Shown here: positions 38,101-52,400 of the stretch, one piece after another
Numbering within the stretch: the first letter of the stretch is position 1
Layout of the letters: each line of letters starts with the position of its first letter
Source: Yuukianura sp. NJ FZ-2021
Taxonomy: Eukaryota
Assembly: GCA_046563655.1 (NCBI GenBank)
Contig: CM102288.1
Location: 2,108,001 to 2,172,000 of the forward strand
Reading direction: 5' to 3'
DNA: 64,000 nt
Program-made: the position numbers and the translations under genes
Notes under the pieces: model-generated
Database searches by the model: none
What the model saw: the letters and a program-made list of their open reading frames with translations, nothing else
What the model was told of the DNA's origin: nothing

Positions 38101-41100
38101 TGGTAGAATCATAGGCTGAACGCAGAGAAGCAAAGTTGACCAGCACATCAGCATCCGGGTGTTTTCGGAAAGCATCTTCCATGCTCTTGTAAACAGGAAC
38201 CAAGATTTCTTTATGTCCCCAGTAAAACTTTTGTTTATGATCTCCAGTGAATGGGTAGATGAGAGCAGCGACGGATGGTTCTGCTCGACGACAAACGAAG
38301 TCAAAATCCATCATGCCTTGAACGGCTCTGGTTTGCATTCCCCATACAATTGCTCGTGTAGATTTGGTGAACATGGGTTGTTTTTTCTTTGGTTCTGCGG
38401 AACCAGTAGCTGGAGTGACAGCTTTGCCATCACCAGTTCCCTGAGTCAAACCAACTGACCTATTAGGTGGATTTTCCGATGTTTTACGGGAAGGGCAAGG
38501 ACTTTTCTGAAATCCAACATAATCACTTATTTCAGACTAATTTTCATACATTACAAAAAAAACTTTGAAAAATTGCAAAAGTTGAAGATAGAAGTTAGCA
38601 GTGCAAAAGAACAGAAACCGAAAAGATAACAGAAAGAGTATAAAACTCAGTTTGAAAAAACAAAGACTTCTGGTGCAAATTGTTAGAACATAAAGTAAGT
38701 AACAGTTTTCAAAAAAAGTTTAGAAAAATGAAAATTAGTAGAAAAAGTGAAGTGAAAGTGCATTGCAGAAAAGTCCAGACAGAGTCAGTGCAGGAAATAA
38801 GGAAGTAAATAAGAACCAAAACCAAGGAGGAGAGGCAGCAGAAAATTGAAAGTGTGCAAAAATAATTTTTGCAAGAAATCGAAATTGTTGTATTTTTACC
38901 ACGTTGCTCTGCCCTCCCGGCAGCAAGAAATTGGCAGTAGTATGAGATCCTTCTGGAACTTGGGAGATTGGACGTTTTCCAAGTGCCATGCCCACAATTG
39001 AAGTCATATGCGTCTCTGGACCAAAGACATGAAGTGGAATTCCCAAGTCCTTAGCAACGTCTCTCACGACCCGAAGACCTTCTTGGTAGTTTGGTCCAGC
39101 GCGTCTCACGAAAATTGAAATGTTGTGATCCACCAATTTGGGTTGGAATTCTTGAAGGGCCATGACAATTCCTTTGAAAGTGGCTGCCACATTAGTGAAA
39201 TTTGCAATTCCACCACCGATGATCAGAACTTTTCCTTCTGGGTGCTTCTCTTTCGTCATCAGAGAGAGAATCGTCTTGGCATACTCGTACGTCTGAGTTT
39301 CAGACGGAGCACCAGAGTATTCTCCATAGTTGGCCAATTCGCTGGCTCCACCTAATTCACAAATCGTGTCACTGTAGATCACGGAAGCTCCGCCACCGGC
39401 CACCATTGTCCAAATACGCCCAACTGGATTCAAAATCGTCAACTGTCAACAGAAGCAAAATCAAAATTCATATACATTTTCCAAAAAAATTGCATTCCTA
39501 GAGTCATTTTCTCAAAATGTTCATACCTTGAGACTTGCTCCAGATTTGGCATCCAGATCAGCAATGTAGGCTTCTTCCGGAAATGCATCTCGACCGAATG
39601 GTGGCGGGTACTCAACTTCTCCTCCCCACTTGCTTCTACAAATGAAATCTGCCGTAGCGTCCAACTTTGCTGCCAAGTCCAGCATGTAAATTTTGTCAGC
39701 AGTGATGACAAGTGGATTGATCTCCAAGTAAGTAAAGTAAAGATCCACATAGGACTTGTAGAGAGCCGAAATGAATCCAGCGACCAATCTAAACACAAAA
39801 GAAACATCAAAATCACTTCCATTCATCTTAAATTTTTGAATTAATTTCTCAATTTTGTCATTTACGTTCTCTTTGCCGGTGGAATGTGAACAAGAAGTGA
39901 CTTTGTAATTTCGTCAACCGATGGAATGTGATCAACTGGAACTTGAAGAGTGCTGGCCTTAGCATCAACATCTCCAATGTCTACGCCACCTTCATGATGA
40001 AACAAAATCGTGTCGCCATTTCGATGAGAGTAGATACAAACGTAGGCTTCTTCTTCCTAAAACAATCAAGAAAAAAACACATCAGATCATTACAAATCGT
40101 GTCAAATTAAGTGTCCTCGCTTGTCCCAGTACTTGGAAGTGCAAAGTACATTGGATTAGGGCGATATTCACGGGTTTAGAAAGTTCATTTAGCAAGGTTT
40201 GGATCGATATCCCACTTTCTCTGCTTTCACTCACGCCGTACTTCAATAGAGTAGGCGTGCAAGGTCAGACGCCGAGAAAGCTTTTTAGAATCCAAGAACT
40301 GGAACAGCGAAAGGAGTTCTACTTTCCAGCAATATCCCAAAGTACATACCTGCGCATGTGGTAGGAATGGCTCAATGATGAAATTCCTTAGTTTTCCAGT
40401 AGCTTTGCCAATCTAAAAACAGAAAAAAAGAAAAAAATATGAAGTCGCTCATACTTTTTATGTCCAAGTACTTAAGTCTTAAAAAAATTCCATATCGACA
40501 ATTTATTCAAAATTGAGTCTCTCCACAAAAAAAGTATACGACAAATTTAGCACGCCAACACGCAAATCCCTGGCTTAATAGTAGTGCAAATGTACAAAGA
40601 AAAAACTTGTGAAGAGGAAGACAAAGGTCATAAGGTTCATGTCTTAAAAATTTCGAAATCGTTTCATCTGTAGAAATAGAGAGGAAGAACGTCATTTCGT
40701 CATTGTAAAGGCAATTCAGTGTGTAAATTGATAAACCGATTACACTTCACACTTTTTTCAGTTTTCAATTAATAATGAGAACTAACTGCTAGAAAGTATT
40801 AAAAAAAATCATCTCCCTGATGAACTTTCCTTGAAATTTTCTCAGGTCAAAGGAAGTTTTTCAAAAATTTCGTTTTCCTTTAACTTTTTTCTGATCATGA
40901 ACATTGAACAAGCAAAAGGAATCAACAGGAAATTGCTCATGCATTGCTGAGCTTGTATTTCTGAAATTTTCCAGGCAGTTAATTAGGTAGAGCGTCATCA
41001 ACCTCGAATAATCTTGGGAAAGAAAGTCGTCATCCTTGAAATTCTACTTGCTTTTAAGCTTGTTCATGTTCAACAAATGTCTGAACGCATTCGTCTGTCC

Positions 41101-42182
41101 TCGAGGCATATCCACATCATCAGTTTTTGAAAACCAATGTCTGGAGTGAAAAACAGAAGTCATTGGCCTGGATTTACGGTAATAGGTAGTGAAATTACCC
41201 TACTATTCATTTTACATGTGTAATCATGCTTTTGAACCAGCATTTAGCGGTTTAAATGACCGCTGGTACTGGTTGCATAAAGGTAAGAAATTTCTGGAGT
41301 GTGGTGGTACTCGTAATTTGCGATCATGCCAATGTTGAAGATCGGATGACGAGGATGCTAATATGATGATGGGATGATGCTATGATGATGATGACAGATA
41401 GTGAGTCCATATAGCAACACTAGAGCCAAATGACTAATGTCAAATGTCATCGATCATCTACTTGCCTACTGGTAGGACATCCCTCATTCGTCATGTCGTC
41501 ATTCACTGAATACATGCCAAGATTACAGTTACAGTCATGATGTCGCTTAACTACAGCGAATTACCATGTGAGAAGGAAATGCATTGAGACAATCGAAATC
41601 TCTACAAGATTAGCCAAAATGACTAGATAAATTGTGGACTGACTTTGCGAAATACACAATGAAAAAATCATTAAGTCAGCCCATACTTTTATGTTCGTAA
41701 AGTCAATCCACGCCTCCATCACGTCAATCGTCAAATATCAACATCTCCAACTCCAACCCCATGCTGATGACTGATGCCGGTAACGTGGTTATGTCAATAT
41801 CAGACCACTTTATGGATTCATGCTCATTCATGTGTGAAGAGGTTACACTGATTACATTGAAGAGGTTAATTAACTTGAGATGAATCGATTAAGCTAAACT
41901 CACCTTGATATCCTTGTTCATGCGTTCGTTGACCCATGTCTTGACAGTGGCAATGTCCGCGTTGACCTTGATCAATCCCAACTTTCCGCGGCGCTTAATC
42001 AGCTGATCCGGTTTGACAACAAGTTTGGACGTCGCTAACCATGGATTGGCGGTAATCAGTGTATCCCAATTAGTCGAATCCTCAACGCTGGCAAATTGAC
42101 ATTGACTAAATCCCGCAAACGATGATAGGTGCTTGTTGAGTATACTTTTCCCCGTGGCTTCTCGAATGGCTTTGGCTGACAT
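35195..42182 (-). CDS. ACLY: ATP-citrate synthase (ATP citrate lyase)
   Basis: MSAKAIRE...[30 protein letters not shown] (phospho-His), [21 protein letters not shown]. Confidence 0.97.
36105..37020 (-). mobile_element. Helentron-associated non-autonomous element (HINE/DINE-1-like) in an ACLY intron
   Basis: 13-bp subterminal IR TAAGTAGCGAAAG (36122-36134) and CTTTCGCTACTTA (37004-37016); (GTCT/GTCC)n microsatellite; internally duplicated core blocks. Confidence 0.75.
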
Positions 42183-42838
42183 GTTCGTTGGATTGGTAAT
42201 GTATAGTTACGTAAAAATTAAAAAGTAAACTTAAAAAAGAGAAGGTACTTGGAATGAGTTAATGAATTAAAATAATTAAAATAAAGTGCGAATGTTGAAT
42301 ACTCTGTGTTCTGTGTTAATTGATTCTGGAGTGGATCCGAATACGTCCACTCTTGCTCACCTCTGGATTTGAACTGGCTGGGTGAAGTTGAAGTTGGCTT
42401 TTGCTTTTATCATGTACCCACCCAATCTTTCTCACGCCGACGCCCATACCTATTTTTTGCAAACTTGCATATCGTACCATTGCAAAAATTTTCGCACAAA
42501 TTCGCACGTGAAGAACATCTTTTCGCTGCACGGCTACTGAAATCATCCCCCTGCGAAGTGACTGCTGTGAAGTGCACTTGATTTTTGGAAAATTAGAAAA
42601 AGTACCGTATTTCACGGCGTATACCGCTCGCTTAGAAATTCTTCAAAACTTTATATTTATGGAACAACTTTTACAAAACTAATAGAAATACGTTAATATA
42701 GTAATATGTTACTACATTTTAATCCATTTTTTGCACATTTGCAAAAAATGCTTAAGTTTAGCATGTCAGAGGTAGCAGGAAGTGTACCTTTAGCAGGATT
42801 TTACAGATTAAAGACGTCATTCAAGTTGTTTCCAGTTG

Positions 42839-45800
42839 TTAATAATATTTTTCCTTTTGGTTTGACTCGTGAAGTGGATTTCTGAAGGTCGTGTTTGGAT
42901 TACGGTAGAGGGGATTTTCGGCCTAGAAAAAAAAACCAGAAAACAATTTTCCCATCATTGGCAGTCAATTTAGTGTATACGTAAATTGGCAAAATTTTGG
43001 GAACAAGGAGGATGTTCAATAACAATTTCTAAAGAAAAACAAGTTTTTATGAAAGTGAACTCACCCGATCCCATTTGGCATTACGTTTTTCGTCTTGGAA
43101 TTTGGAATACTCCAGTTTAGCTTGACGTTCACGGTAACACCAAAAGCAAAGCAGGAGAAACAGACCCACCAAAACAATTAAGCCCATGATGGACCCACCG
43201 AGCCACCAAAGTCCGGCCCCACGAAGTAGAGCACAACTCTTGACCTTTTGGGCTTTGATGTTCACTTCGTGTGTCACTGGATCATAGGCGTAGGAGTAGT
43301 AAAAAGTACAGCCATCTTCATCGTCAATGGCGCTGCAGTATTTTCCGACACTGGCTAAAATACGTTTCAGAAACGTTTTCAGTTTAAAAATACAAAATCA
43401 CTTTAAAAATTCATTTTCAAATACTTGGTGCAAATTCGACAACGTTTAGAACAGGATACGGAGCACATTCAGCAGAACATTGTTGCGAATTAGATTCATT
43501 ACGATGCACAGAACAGAGAACACATTTGGCCATGTTGGTGCACTTGTCCGGACAGTTCTGCGAAATTCCAATTTGCAAAAAATCAAAAAACAGAAGAAAA
43601 CGTAAATTTTCACAAAATTTTCGAAAAAAAAAAAAAACAAGAATTTAGCAAAAATGCCAACAATATGTTTTGTACCTGACATTCTTCGCACAATGGTCCA
43701 CTAAAGTCTGGAGAATTGCATACGCAGCGATTACACTCGCAGCGTCCACGTCCACTGCAAATGTCGCTTCCAATCCCGGATCTGCATTTCACCTAAAACA
43801 AATATGAATGTAACAAATCTTTACCTGTTAAATACCATTAAGACACTATTGAAGAAATGATTTAAAAAGTAACTACTGTGGAAGTAGAGCATTGACAAGC
43901 ATCACCAGTCCAGCTACTGTGACATTGACATACTGAGCAAACACATTTCCCTTGGTCAGCACCCGAACACAGTTGACCGTTGAACCGACGACACGAAAAG
44001 TCATCACATTGACAGTACTTCCCATAGTAGCTCTGCAAAAATCGTAAGCAATAGCTCAGAATTGGCAATTTCAGCGATCCGAGTTCTGAAAAAGTGGCTT
44101 TACCTGGCCAGGATTATTTGGAAGCCTCTGGCATTCGCAACGATTGCAAAAGCATTCACCCCTTGAAAGGTCAAAGGTCAAGAATTAAATTGTTCAAAAA
44201 ACAACGCTGTAAGTTAAAATTTAGTTGGTCTTACCTATTTGAACATTCTAGAGACGAATTAGTGTCCTCCCTACAATTCGAAACTGGTGCTTGTGACAAA
44301 CTAGTGTCATCGGTGTCGTCAGACGCAGAGCATTCGCAAAATTTTCCGTAGTAGCCAGTCCCACAGTCACAGGCCCCACATTGTAAAGTTCCCACCAAGC
44401 CACATGAGTGGGATCGCTTGTCGTACGTCTAGAAATAAAACGAAAAAAAAAAATTAGCAAAATCTCCACTTTTGGTGAAATTGTTTAAAGGATTCAGCGT
44501 TTTATTTACTCACTGGATGAGAGGGCTTCTCGCAATCACAGTCACCTAACAAAGGTCAAAGGTCAACAGGAAATTTAGCATAAAATTTGTGAAGTTAGAA
44601 TTTGATTAATTGTAAATACTCACAGTTACTTAGATCAACATCCACCACTAACTGCTCCTCTAGACCAACGACCTGAATTGCAAACGAAGTTGAGCGCATT
44701 CGGAGTTTGTTGCCCTTGCGTCTCGGGCAGTCGCTTAGAAGCAGTTCCGCAGTAAAACTGCAAATTTTGGTAAAAACGTATTGAATTAAATTTATACATT
44801 AATTTATTTAATTTACTTAATTTAAACACTTGATTGTTTTTACCTAACAGTTTTGCCAATTCGAACACCATTACACCTCCCACCCTCGACTGCTTTAGCG
44901 TCACTACCATCGCAGTGACTGTAGAATGAAATCTTGACAGGACTCGTCGCTTCGTTCAAAGTGTGACTCAGCTTTACTTCGGACGAAATTTTCTAAACAA
45001 AAAAGGTGTGCAAATTTACCTCATTTTTGAAGTTCGTATATGGCACATGTGCCTCTGTACTTTAGTAGCGAGAATTGTTGACCTCTGACCTACCTCATAT
45101 TCATGGTTGACCACTTCAATTAAATTGGACGAATTAGCTGATAGTTCAGCAGCAGTAGATCCTTGGATTTGATTGGACAGTCGTTCGTAATCCTTCAACT
45201 GGTCCTTAGTCACTGCAAAGATGATTGCAATGGACTTTTCAGTGACTTTGGAATTTATTTGAGCAATTGACGGGTAGTCCAGAATTCCATCATGAGTATA
45301 CTCTCCTTGAGCGTTGAGGTGACATTGACCATCGTGTGGTTCCAGGATACCCGCAAGCTGAAATTAAAATGTCAAAGGTCAAAGTGCAAAAATTTAATGC
45401 AGCATCACTACGCACTATGCTTAGGAATAGTTTTGTTTCACCCTTCCATCTCCAGCCAAGTGAAAAGAAGCATCAGTTGAAAACATCAGCAGCTTTCGAG
45501 CATCCTTCCGCCAGCCTGCAATTTCAAAATTTTGAAAATTCAAGAAATTTCAAATTTAGTTTTCAGAGGAAACTTTTCCTTCTTACCAATTTGGTCTCCG
45601 CATACTACAGCTTGCATGATGGCGTCAAGCCCGCCTTCAGGTGAATCCAAATTTCCAGAAACTCTGGCTCGATTGACTTCTCTCTATATTTATTAAGTAT
45701 GTAAAAATGTTTTTAATTAATATAATTAATATAATAAAAGCAACTCACCTGGAACAGATCAGTATTGGATGTAAGTGCAAGCGTATGACGATAGCTGAAT

Positions 45801-48286
45801 GGAGGAGCACATTGGAAGTCCACTTCCTCACGTTCATCGCAAGGTTTCTGTAATCTATAAATAAATTATACATTATTATATAAATATTAAGAACTAATTT
45901 TTATATACTCTAAAACGAACGGATTTTGAAAGAATTGGATAGAAGAGTTTCAGTTTTGTTGAAAAGATGCTCATTTTATTCATTTTGAAGCCACAAGACC
46001 GAGGTTTCCTTTGCGTAAGTAATATTTAAAAATTCCATAAAGTTACAAACATGCAGATTTAGAATTATTCGAAAAAGCCAAAGCGAATGTACATTTGTAG
46101 TCGAAAATGTTGAGAGTGGTTGTGCGCTATCAAAATGGACGAGGAAGAGCAAGACAAAAAGTGTTGAATTTGTCTGCATCTGAAAAAGTTGAGTTGTACA
46201 AAAACAGCGTTTTTGAAAAAAGAAAATCACACGTCTTCCAAAATTCTTCCTCCGTCTTTAGTCCTCCCAACTAAAAAAAGTAAAATAATTTATGAAAGTC
46301 TACGTTTTTTTCAAGTTTTTGAAAACCAAAGTGTCAATCAAAAAGTTTACGTCTAGCTTCCACGTAATTCTCAAGGTCCTCCTCCTCCTTCCTTCCGTAA
46401 ATTGCGTTCAGAATGAGCAGAAATACTCCAATGACAAGACAGATGATCCCGGTACCTTCAAAATTTCAAAAAATCAGCAACTTTCAAAAATTTTCAAAAA
46501 ACAAAACCCAAAAATCACATTGAGGTGTGACCCATACCGATTAGCTCAGCCATTTCTGACGGTGTCTGTTTGGTCAACAGAGTCGCCAGGCCTAGGATGA
46601 TTCCAATCAACGTAAAAATTGTTCCAATGTGAAACATGGTGACGGTTCCAATCATCTACAAATCAAAATCCATTTTTCAAAAACTGTTCAAAATTGAATC
46701 ATTTTCTAAAAATCATAGGTCAAAATGACAGACCTTGTTGGCCTTAATTCTGTTTTGTGTCCTCTCATCTGCCAAGTACATGGCCAGTGACGGGGCTGAA
46801 CTTAATCGTCTTTGTCCTCTTCCTGATGGCCCGCGTTTCTTTCGTTGTCTCTTGATTGCAAGAGCCGAATGGACACTAATTCCGTGCATTTTGACTAAAT
46901 CAATTTACTTCAACACGATTAACAAAAGAACTTAGATTCAATTGTCACTTGACAACTCTCGGATTGGATCGCTGGATAGAGCAGTAAAGTCTGACAGTTC
47001 CAAATACAAACAAAACACAAAATCTCGACGTAGAGAGTTTGTTATTGCGGTTGTGTTTGCGAACATAACGCAACTCCAGGACCCAGGAAGCAAAAATTCA
47101 TCGAACTTTTCCAAAAACCTAAAAAAAGCCTAAGGTTCTGTTTCCAAAATCGATACTTTCACTGCATTCACTTTCCCCACTTTCACTTTAGCTCTTTGGC
47201 ACCAAAAAAGCTACTCAGGAGAAAACTTTTGTCTGGAACGCCATTCCGAAATTCCTTCGAGTATGATTACATGAATCATGTTATTATGAAAAGTGACAAC
47301 ACAGAACAACGTGACCTGACATGTGAGTAACGACTAATGGAAAGCATAAAGTAATCGGAGAAGTAATCGATTACTTTACATCGATTACTCAATCAACAAA
47401 GGGTGTTAGATTGCTTATGTTAACTGACCTGTATGGTGTAGTTGATACAAAAGGCATCACAACTTTGTCCACAAAAGAACCGAAACCGATTCGGAAGTTG
47501 CTGGTTCGGTTCAACATGGCGGCGGAGAGCAGCGATCCAAGTTGAGCCACAGTTTTCTAAACAAAAACGAAAAAAAAAATTCAATAATCAAAATTTTCAA
47601 AGTTTCAAAATTATGGAATTTGTGAGGTCAAAGGTTACTCTGACCTTGTCATCAGCCATGGAGTGACTGAGATCCATTAAATAGTACATATCAATTGGAT
47701 AATTTTCGGCTAATCGAAAACTTAGCGTGAGATTGAACGGAATTCCTTTGCGCAAGCTGACTTTGACTCGCTGCGGCTTCAGTTGCACTGGAACGTCGCT
47801 TCCTATACCAAGATCTTCGTCGCTGCGAAAAATAAAAATAAAATTTTACAAAAGTTTTAAGAAAAATCACTTCCAGTTTATTTTCGTTTACCGAATTTGG
47901 AGTTCACGTACCGAACAAGTTGAATTTGATTTTTAGGGGAAATGAGATGTTCTGCACTGCATGTCGAGCGGCTTTCCAAATTTTCAGATTTGAAACAACG
48001 TTCCAGCCATTTTCCATCAGAATTTTTGAAATCCTAAAACCATATTCAAAATTTCGAACAACGTCACAGAAAAACTTTTCATTATTTTAATTTTGGATAA
48101 AGGAAAAGCCAGAATAATTCTTACCGGCATTGAGCACCAAGCACAACCTGGTGTTTGGATGCATTCGCTACATTTGTCTTGATCCTTACACTCAATTACA
48201 CTTGCTCTAATTCCACTTAACATACAAATCAAAACTAACACTAAAAATAAAGTTTTCAAAATTTCCAAAAATATTAAACCAGACAT
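42839..48286 (-). CDS. Integrin beta subunit, divergent paralogue
   Basis: PSI domain [45 protein letters not shown], Cys-rich EGF repeats, TM, tail NPLY...NPLH. Confidence 0.92.
46227..46889 (-). CDS. Nested 2-TM membrane protein (140 aa, 4 exons) inside an integrin beta intron, same strand
   Basis: Exons 46889-46734, 46655-46538, 46455-46351 and 46270-46227 join in frame from ATG to TGA with phases 0, 1, 1. Confidence 0.75.
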
Positions 48287-49439
48287 ATTCTACTTTTTCC
48301 AAAGTGTCGATTTCCCTGAACTTCTGCTTAAAAATGAACCTGAACTGATGATTCATGAACAAACTAAAAAGATAATAATTACAAAATTCCAAGTTTCGGA
48401 ACGTCTGCATACTTCTGTAGCAGTTGTGAACTAAAAAGTAAAAATTCCTTTATCTTGTTGATTTTGCTACAATCTGCAACAACGGAAAACTTTGCTAAAA
48501 ATTTGCTAGTATCTTCCGAACTTAAGTATCTAGTGCACATAACTCTGTCTCGGCAGTGTTGACTCAACTTTTGAATCAAACTGTATCAAAAACGATTTTA
48601 TTTTTTAAGTCCCTTCAGCCAAAAACCAAAACAAACACGACAGAGAGACACCAAGAACTTACAAGTTAGTTTTCTTCACTCATATAAAACCTAAGGTAAA
48701 CAATCTAAACCTAATGTCAGTTATAACCTAACTTTTAAGGCCTCCGGTTATTGACCTTTGACCTACATCTACTTTTACTAAGGTGTTATAATACTTGTTG
48801 TCTGTTTATAGCAGTTTTAGTATTTTCCATTCTGGCACAAGTTAAACATAAAGCTTCTATTCGAGTATATCTGGCCTAAACACTGCTACTTTCTCTTTTC
48901 AAAGTTTTGAAATTTCAAAATTTCAAAGCTTTTTTTCATAATTTCAAAATTTCTTTACAAAAACTTTCTAAGGTCAAAGGTTAACGGCACTGTTAGTTTA
49001 GAGGCACCTTTGCACAAAAGTTAACCTCAAAAGCAGCACTTACTTGTTACTTGTTTTATGATTAAGGCATTTTTGGGAGACAAAATTTCGAAATTTCGAA
49101 TCTCCCGAAGTATTTTTTGTGGAAGGATTTTGAAAGTGGATGTTGTGTGCAGTGATGATGGTTTATGGCAGTGACTCTTTCGTCTTTAAGATATAACACA
49201 CCACACTTACATAAGTATACACTGAAAAAGAGTTGTTGAAGTTAGTAGATGAGCTTCTAGGGTCAAGTTAACTTGACCTTTGACCTTTAAGGTCAATGTA
49301 CACTCGACACTGTAAAAATTAACTTATTTTTAGTATGAGTGTACCAGCGAGGTATAAAAAGATGACGATGATTGATGATTTTCTGAACTAGAATTTGTGC
49401 TGGAGATTTATCGATGATGAGAAAACCAAATTCGTTGAT

Positions 49440-52400
49440 TTATCTGCCAGCGTACAGAGGATTCTTGAATGTCGAAGTTGCTTGACGGTAGATTGGATTC
49501 TCACCCTGATCAAAAATTTTGAAAACAGAACGATCAAAATACTAAAATTTCAAAATTCCGAACAGAACAACTAACCGATCTAGGAACTTTCAAAAATCGG
49601 TAATGTGAAAACTGAAAACAGGAAAAGTTCTTACGGCGTCCCATTTGGCGTTCATTCTCTCCTTTTCAAAACTGGCATACTCTCGTCGATCAGCGATGTG
49701 CGTAGCGCATTTCCAAGCAAGCAGAATTGCCAATCCAACAAAAACAATGGCTCCCACCACGCCAAAAATTATCCAGAAAATGGGTGGGTCCGGTGGACAC
49801 TCTTTGTTCTTCTGACCCTTGATGTACAACTGACCATTTATGTCATAGCCATAGACATAGTAGAACCGACACTTGTCAGTCTCGTCAATATGGTGACAGT
49901 ACTTTTCATCCAGGCTTTCATCAGCTAAAACAAAAACGAAATAGAATTTCAGATACTTGATGCTGATTGGTTGGAAATTTTAAGATCTGACCTGCAACGT
50001 CGTCCACTTTGATAATTTCTGGATACTTGTGGCGACATTCTCTGAGGCAAACTTCTTCCTTTCCGAATTCTCCAGTTTTGAACATTTCACATTGAACACA
50101 ATTAGCTAATTCTTCGCAGCGATCCGGACATGTCTGAAAAATATTGGCAGCATTATTGATTCTGTTGTGCAAATTTGTCATTTGGTTGACTTACTGGACA
50201 CTTTTCACACAATCGTCCAGAATATCGTTCAGTTTCCGTGCTGTTACACACGCAGCGATTGCAAACACAGTCTCCCCTGCCGCTGCACAATTCACTTTTA
50301 CCGGGAGTTTCACATTGGTCCTAAAAATCCAAACAAAGTGCTAATTTTTTCAAAAAAATCAAACTCTATTTTCAAAATTTTGACACAACTAAATTCTTTA
50401 CCGTCTTTGTTGAACATCCACAGTTACTTCCGCTCCATCCTTCAAAACATGTACATTTTCCGCCGCAGTCACAACGTCCATGATCTTCTCCAGAACACAG
50501 GATGCCGTTGTCACGTTCACAACTGAAGTTGTCACATTCACAAAAAGGGCCATAAACTTTCTGAAACACAAAAGTTTTAGGGTCAAAGGTTATCTCGAAC
50601 CACAAAAAAAAAGTTCCAAACATGACATGGTTACCTCTGGTTCCGCTCGTTTGGTACAAACGCACTGGCCACAAACGCAAGTTCCACGTGACTGACAAAC
50701 AATGTCCGTGGTATTGTCCATCTTACATCCTCGGTCATCGTCAGAGAACTCTCTACGATTATTCCCACATTCACAGAACCGTCCAAAATGATTATCGTCA
50801 CAAAAGCATGCGCCGCACTGCGACGTTCCGGCATGGTTACAAAATGGAGAATGTTTTACATATCCCTAAAAATTAAAAAAGAAGAAGTTAGTTCGGCAAT
50901 AGTTTAGAAAATTCCTTGAAATTTTGAAATAGAAAGTTACTTCATTTCCTTCCACTTCACAAGGACATTTACAAATCATTTCCAAATTGACAGTCAACTT
51001 TTCTTCTAGTCCAACCACGTAGATGTCAAATGTTTGATCCCAGTCGGCCGGATTCTTTGGACATTCCGTAATTTCAATTTTAGCCACAAACGTCACCGTT
51101 TTACCAACTCTGAGACCTCCACATTTGTTCGTTTCCTTCATGTCACTTCCGAGACATTTGGAAAAGTACGATACTCGCACAACCCCGGAAGAAGTATCAC
51201 GCAGTGTCACTTCTGAAGTAATTTTCTGATCAAAATCAAAAATGAAAAAATTAGTACAAAATAATATTTTGATTTGTTCCTAAATTTTCAAATTCTTGTA
51301 CCTCGTATTCTCTTTTGACGAGTTCCACAACATTAGAAGAGTTGGCAGACAGTTCACCACAAGTTGACCCCTGAACGAGTTCAGCCAGTCGTTCATAAAT
51401 TCCTACTTGCTCAGCAGTTACTGCAAAGATCATGTTGATTGCTTTCTCTTTAACTTTGGAATTGATTTGAGCAACAGAAGGGTAGTCAAGCAGGGTAGAA
51501 TGGGTGTATTCTCCCTTTGAGTCCATGTGACATCGTCCATCGTTCGGTTTCACAATGCCACCCAACTAAAATATCAATACTTTATTAATTATTTGAACTT
51601 TAGCACAGTTTGTGCCTCGTCCTCCACTCCATTTTGATCAAATTGAGTGAAAAAAAAAAGAATTTCATTGGGTTGGGTTCGTCGAAACTTGGGAAACTGT
51701 AAATTAAATGCAGGGCTGGTCTTTTTAGCACGAAAAAAAGAATAGCTTAGCAATTTTAGCAAAAACCCTGCTATTTATGCTAAAATCAATGTATCCTTAT
51801 GGGGATTGGGCGCGAAGTTCGCAATCAGAACGCTAAGCGACAATTCGGGGCATAGAAAACCTTTGATTTCCGTGAAAGGAGAACCACGCAGAGCTTTGGA
51901 AGTATTTACCGGATTGATTAATAATAAATTAACAAATAATATAGCGCAAAAAGAATATAATCATAAAAAATAATTAATCAGATTAATTTCAAAAAGTAAT
52001 TAATTCTTACACCACAATAGCTAAGATAATTATTTCAGTCATTAACAAAATCAATTTCATCAAAACTGTTTTCTTTTTACTGTTTTTTAAAAAAAATTAT
52101 GCTTTCAAAAAAACTTTTTACGCAGTGAACTTAGCATCGCAGCCGTTTTAGCTTAGCATAAATAGCAATAGTAGCTCGCGCTAAAAATGCTAACGCTAAA
52201 TGCGAACCAGCTCTGATTAAATGATTAAAATTGAAATTATTCTTATGAATTTTAATTTTCAAAATTTACCTTTCCATCTCCAGCGTAATGAAAAGACGCA
52301 TCGGTCGAAAAAACTAAAAGTCGGCGAGTATTATTTGGCCTCCATCCTAAAAAAAAACAAAGTAAGCTATGTATAATTTTTTTTCTTCAACAAATAGGAA

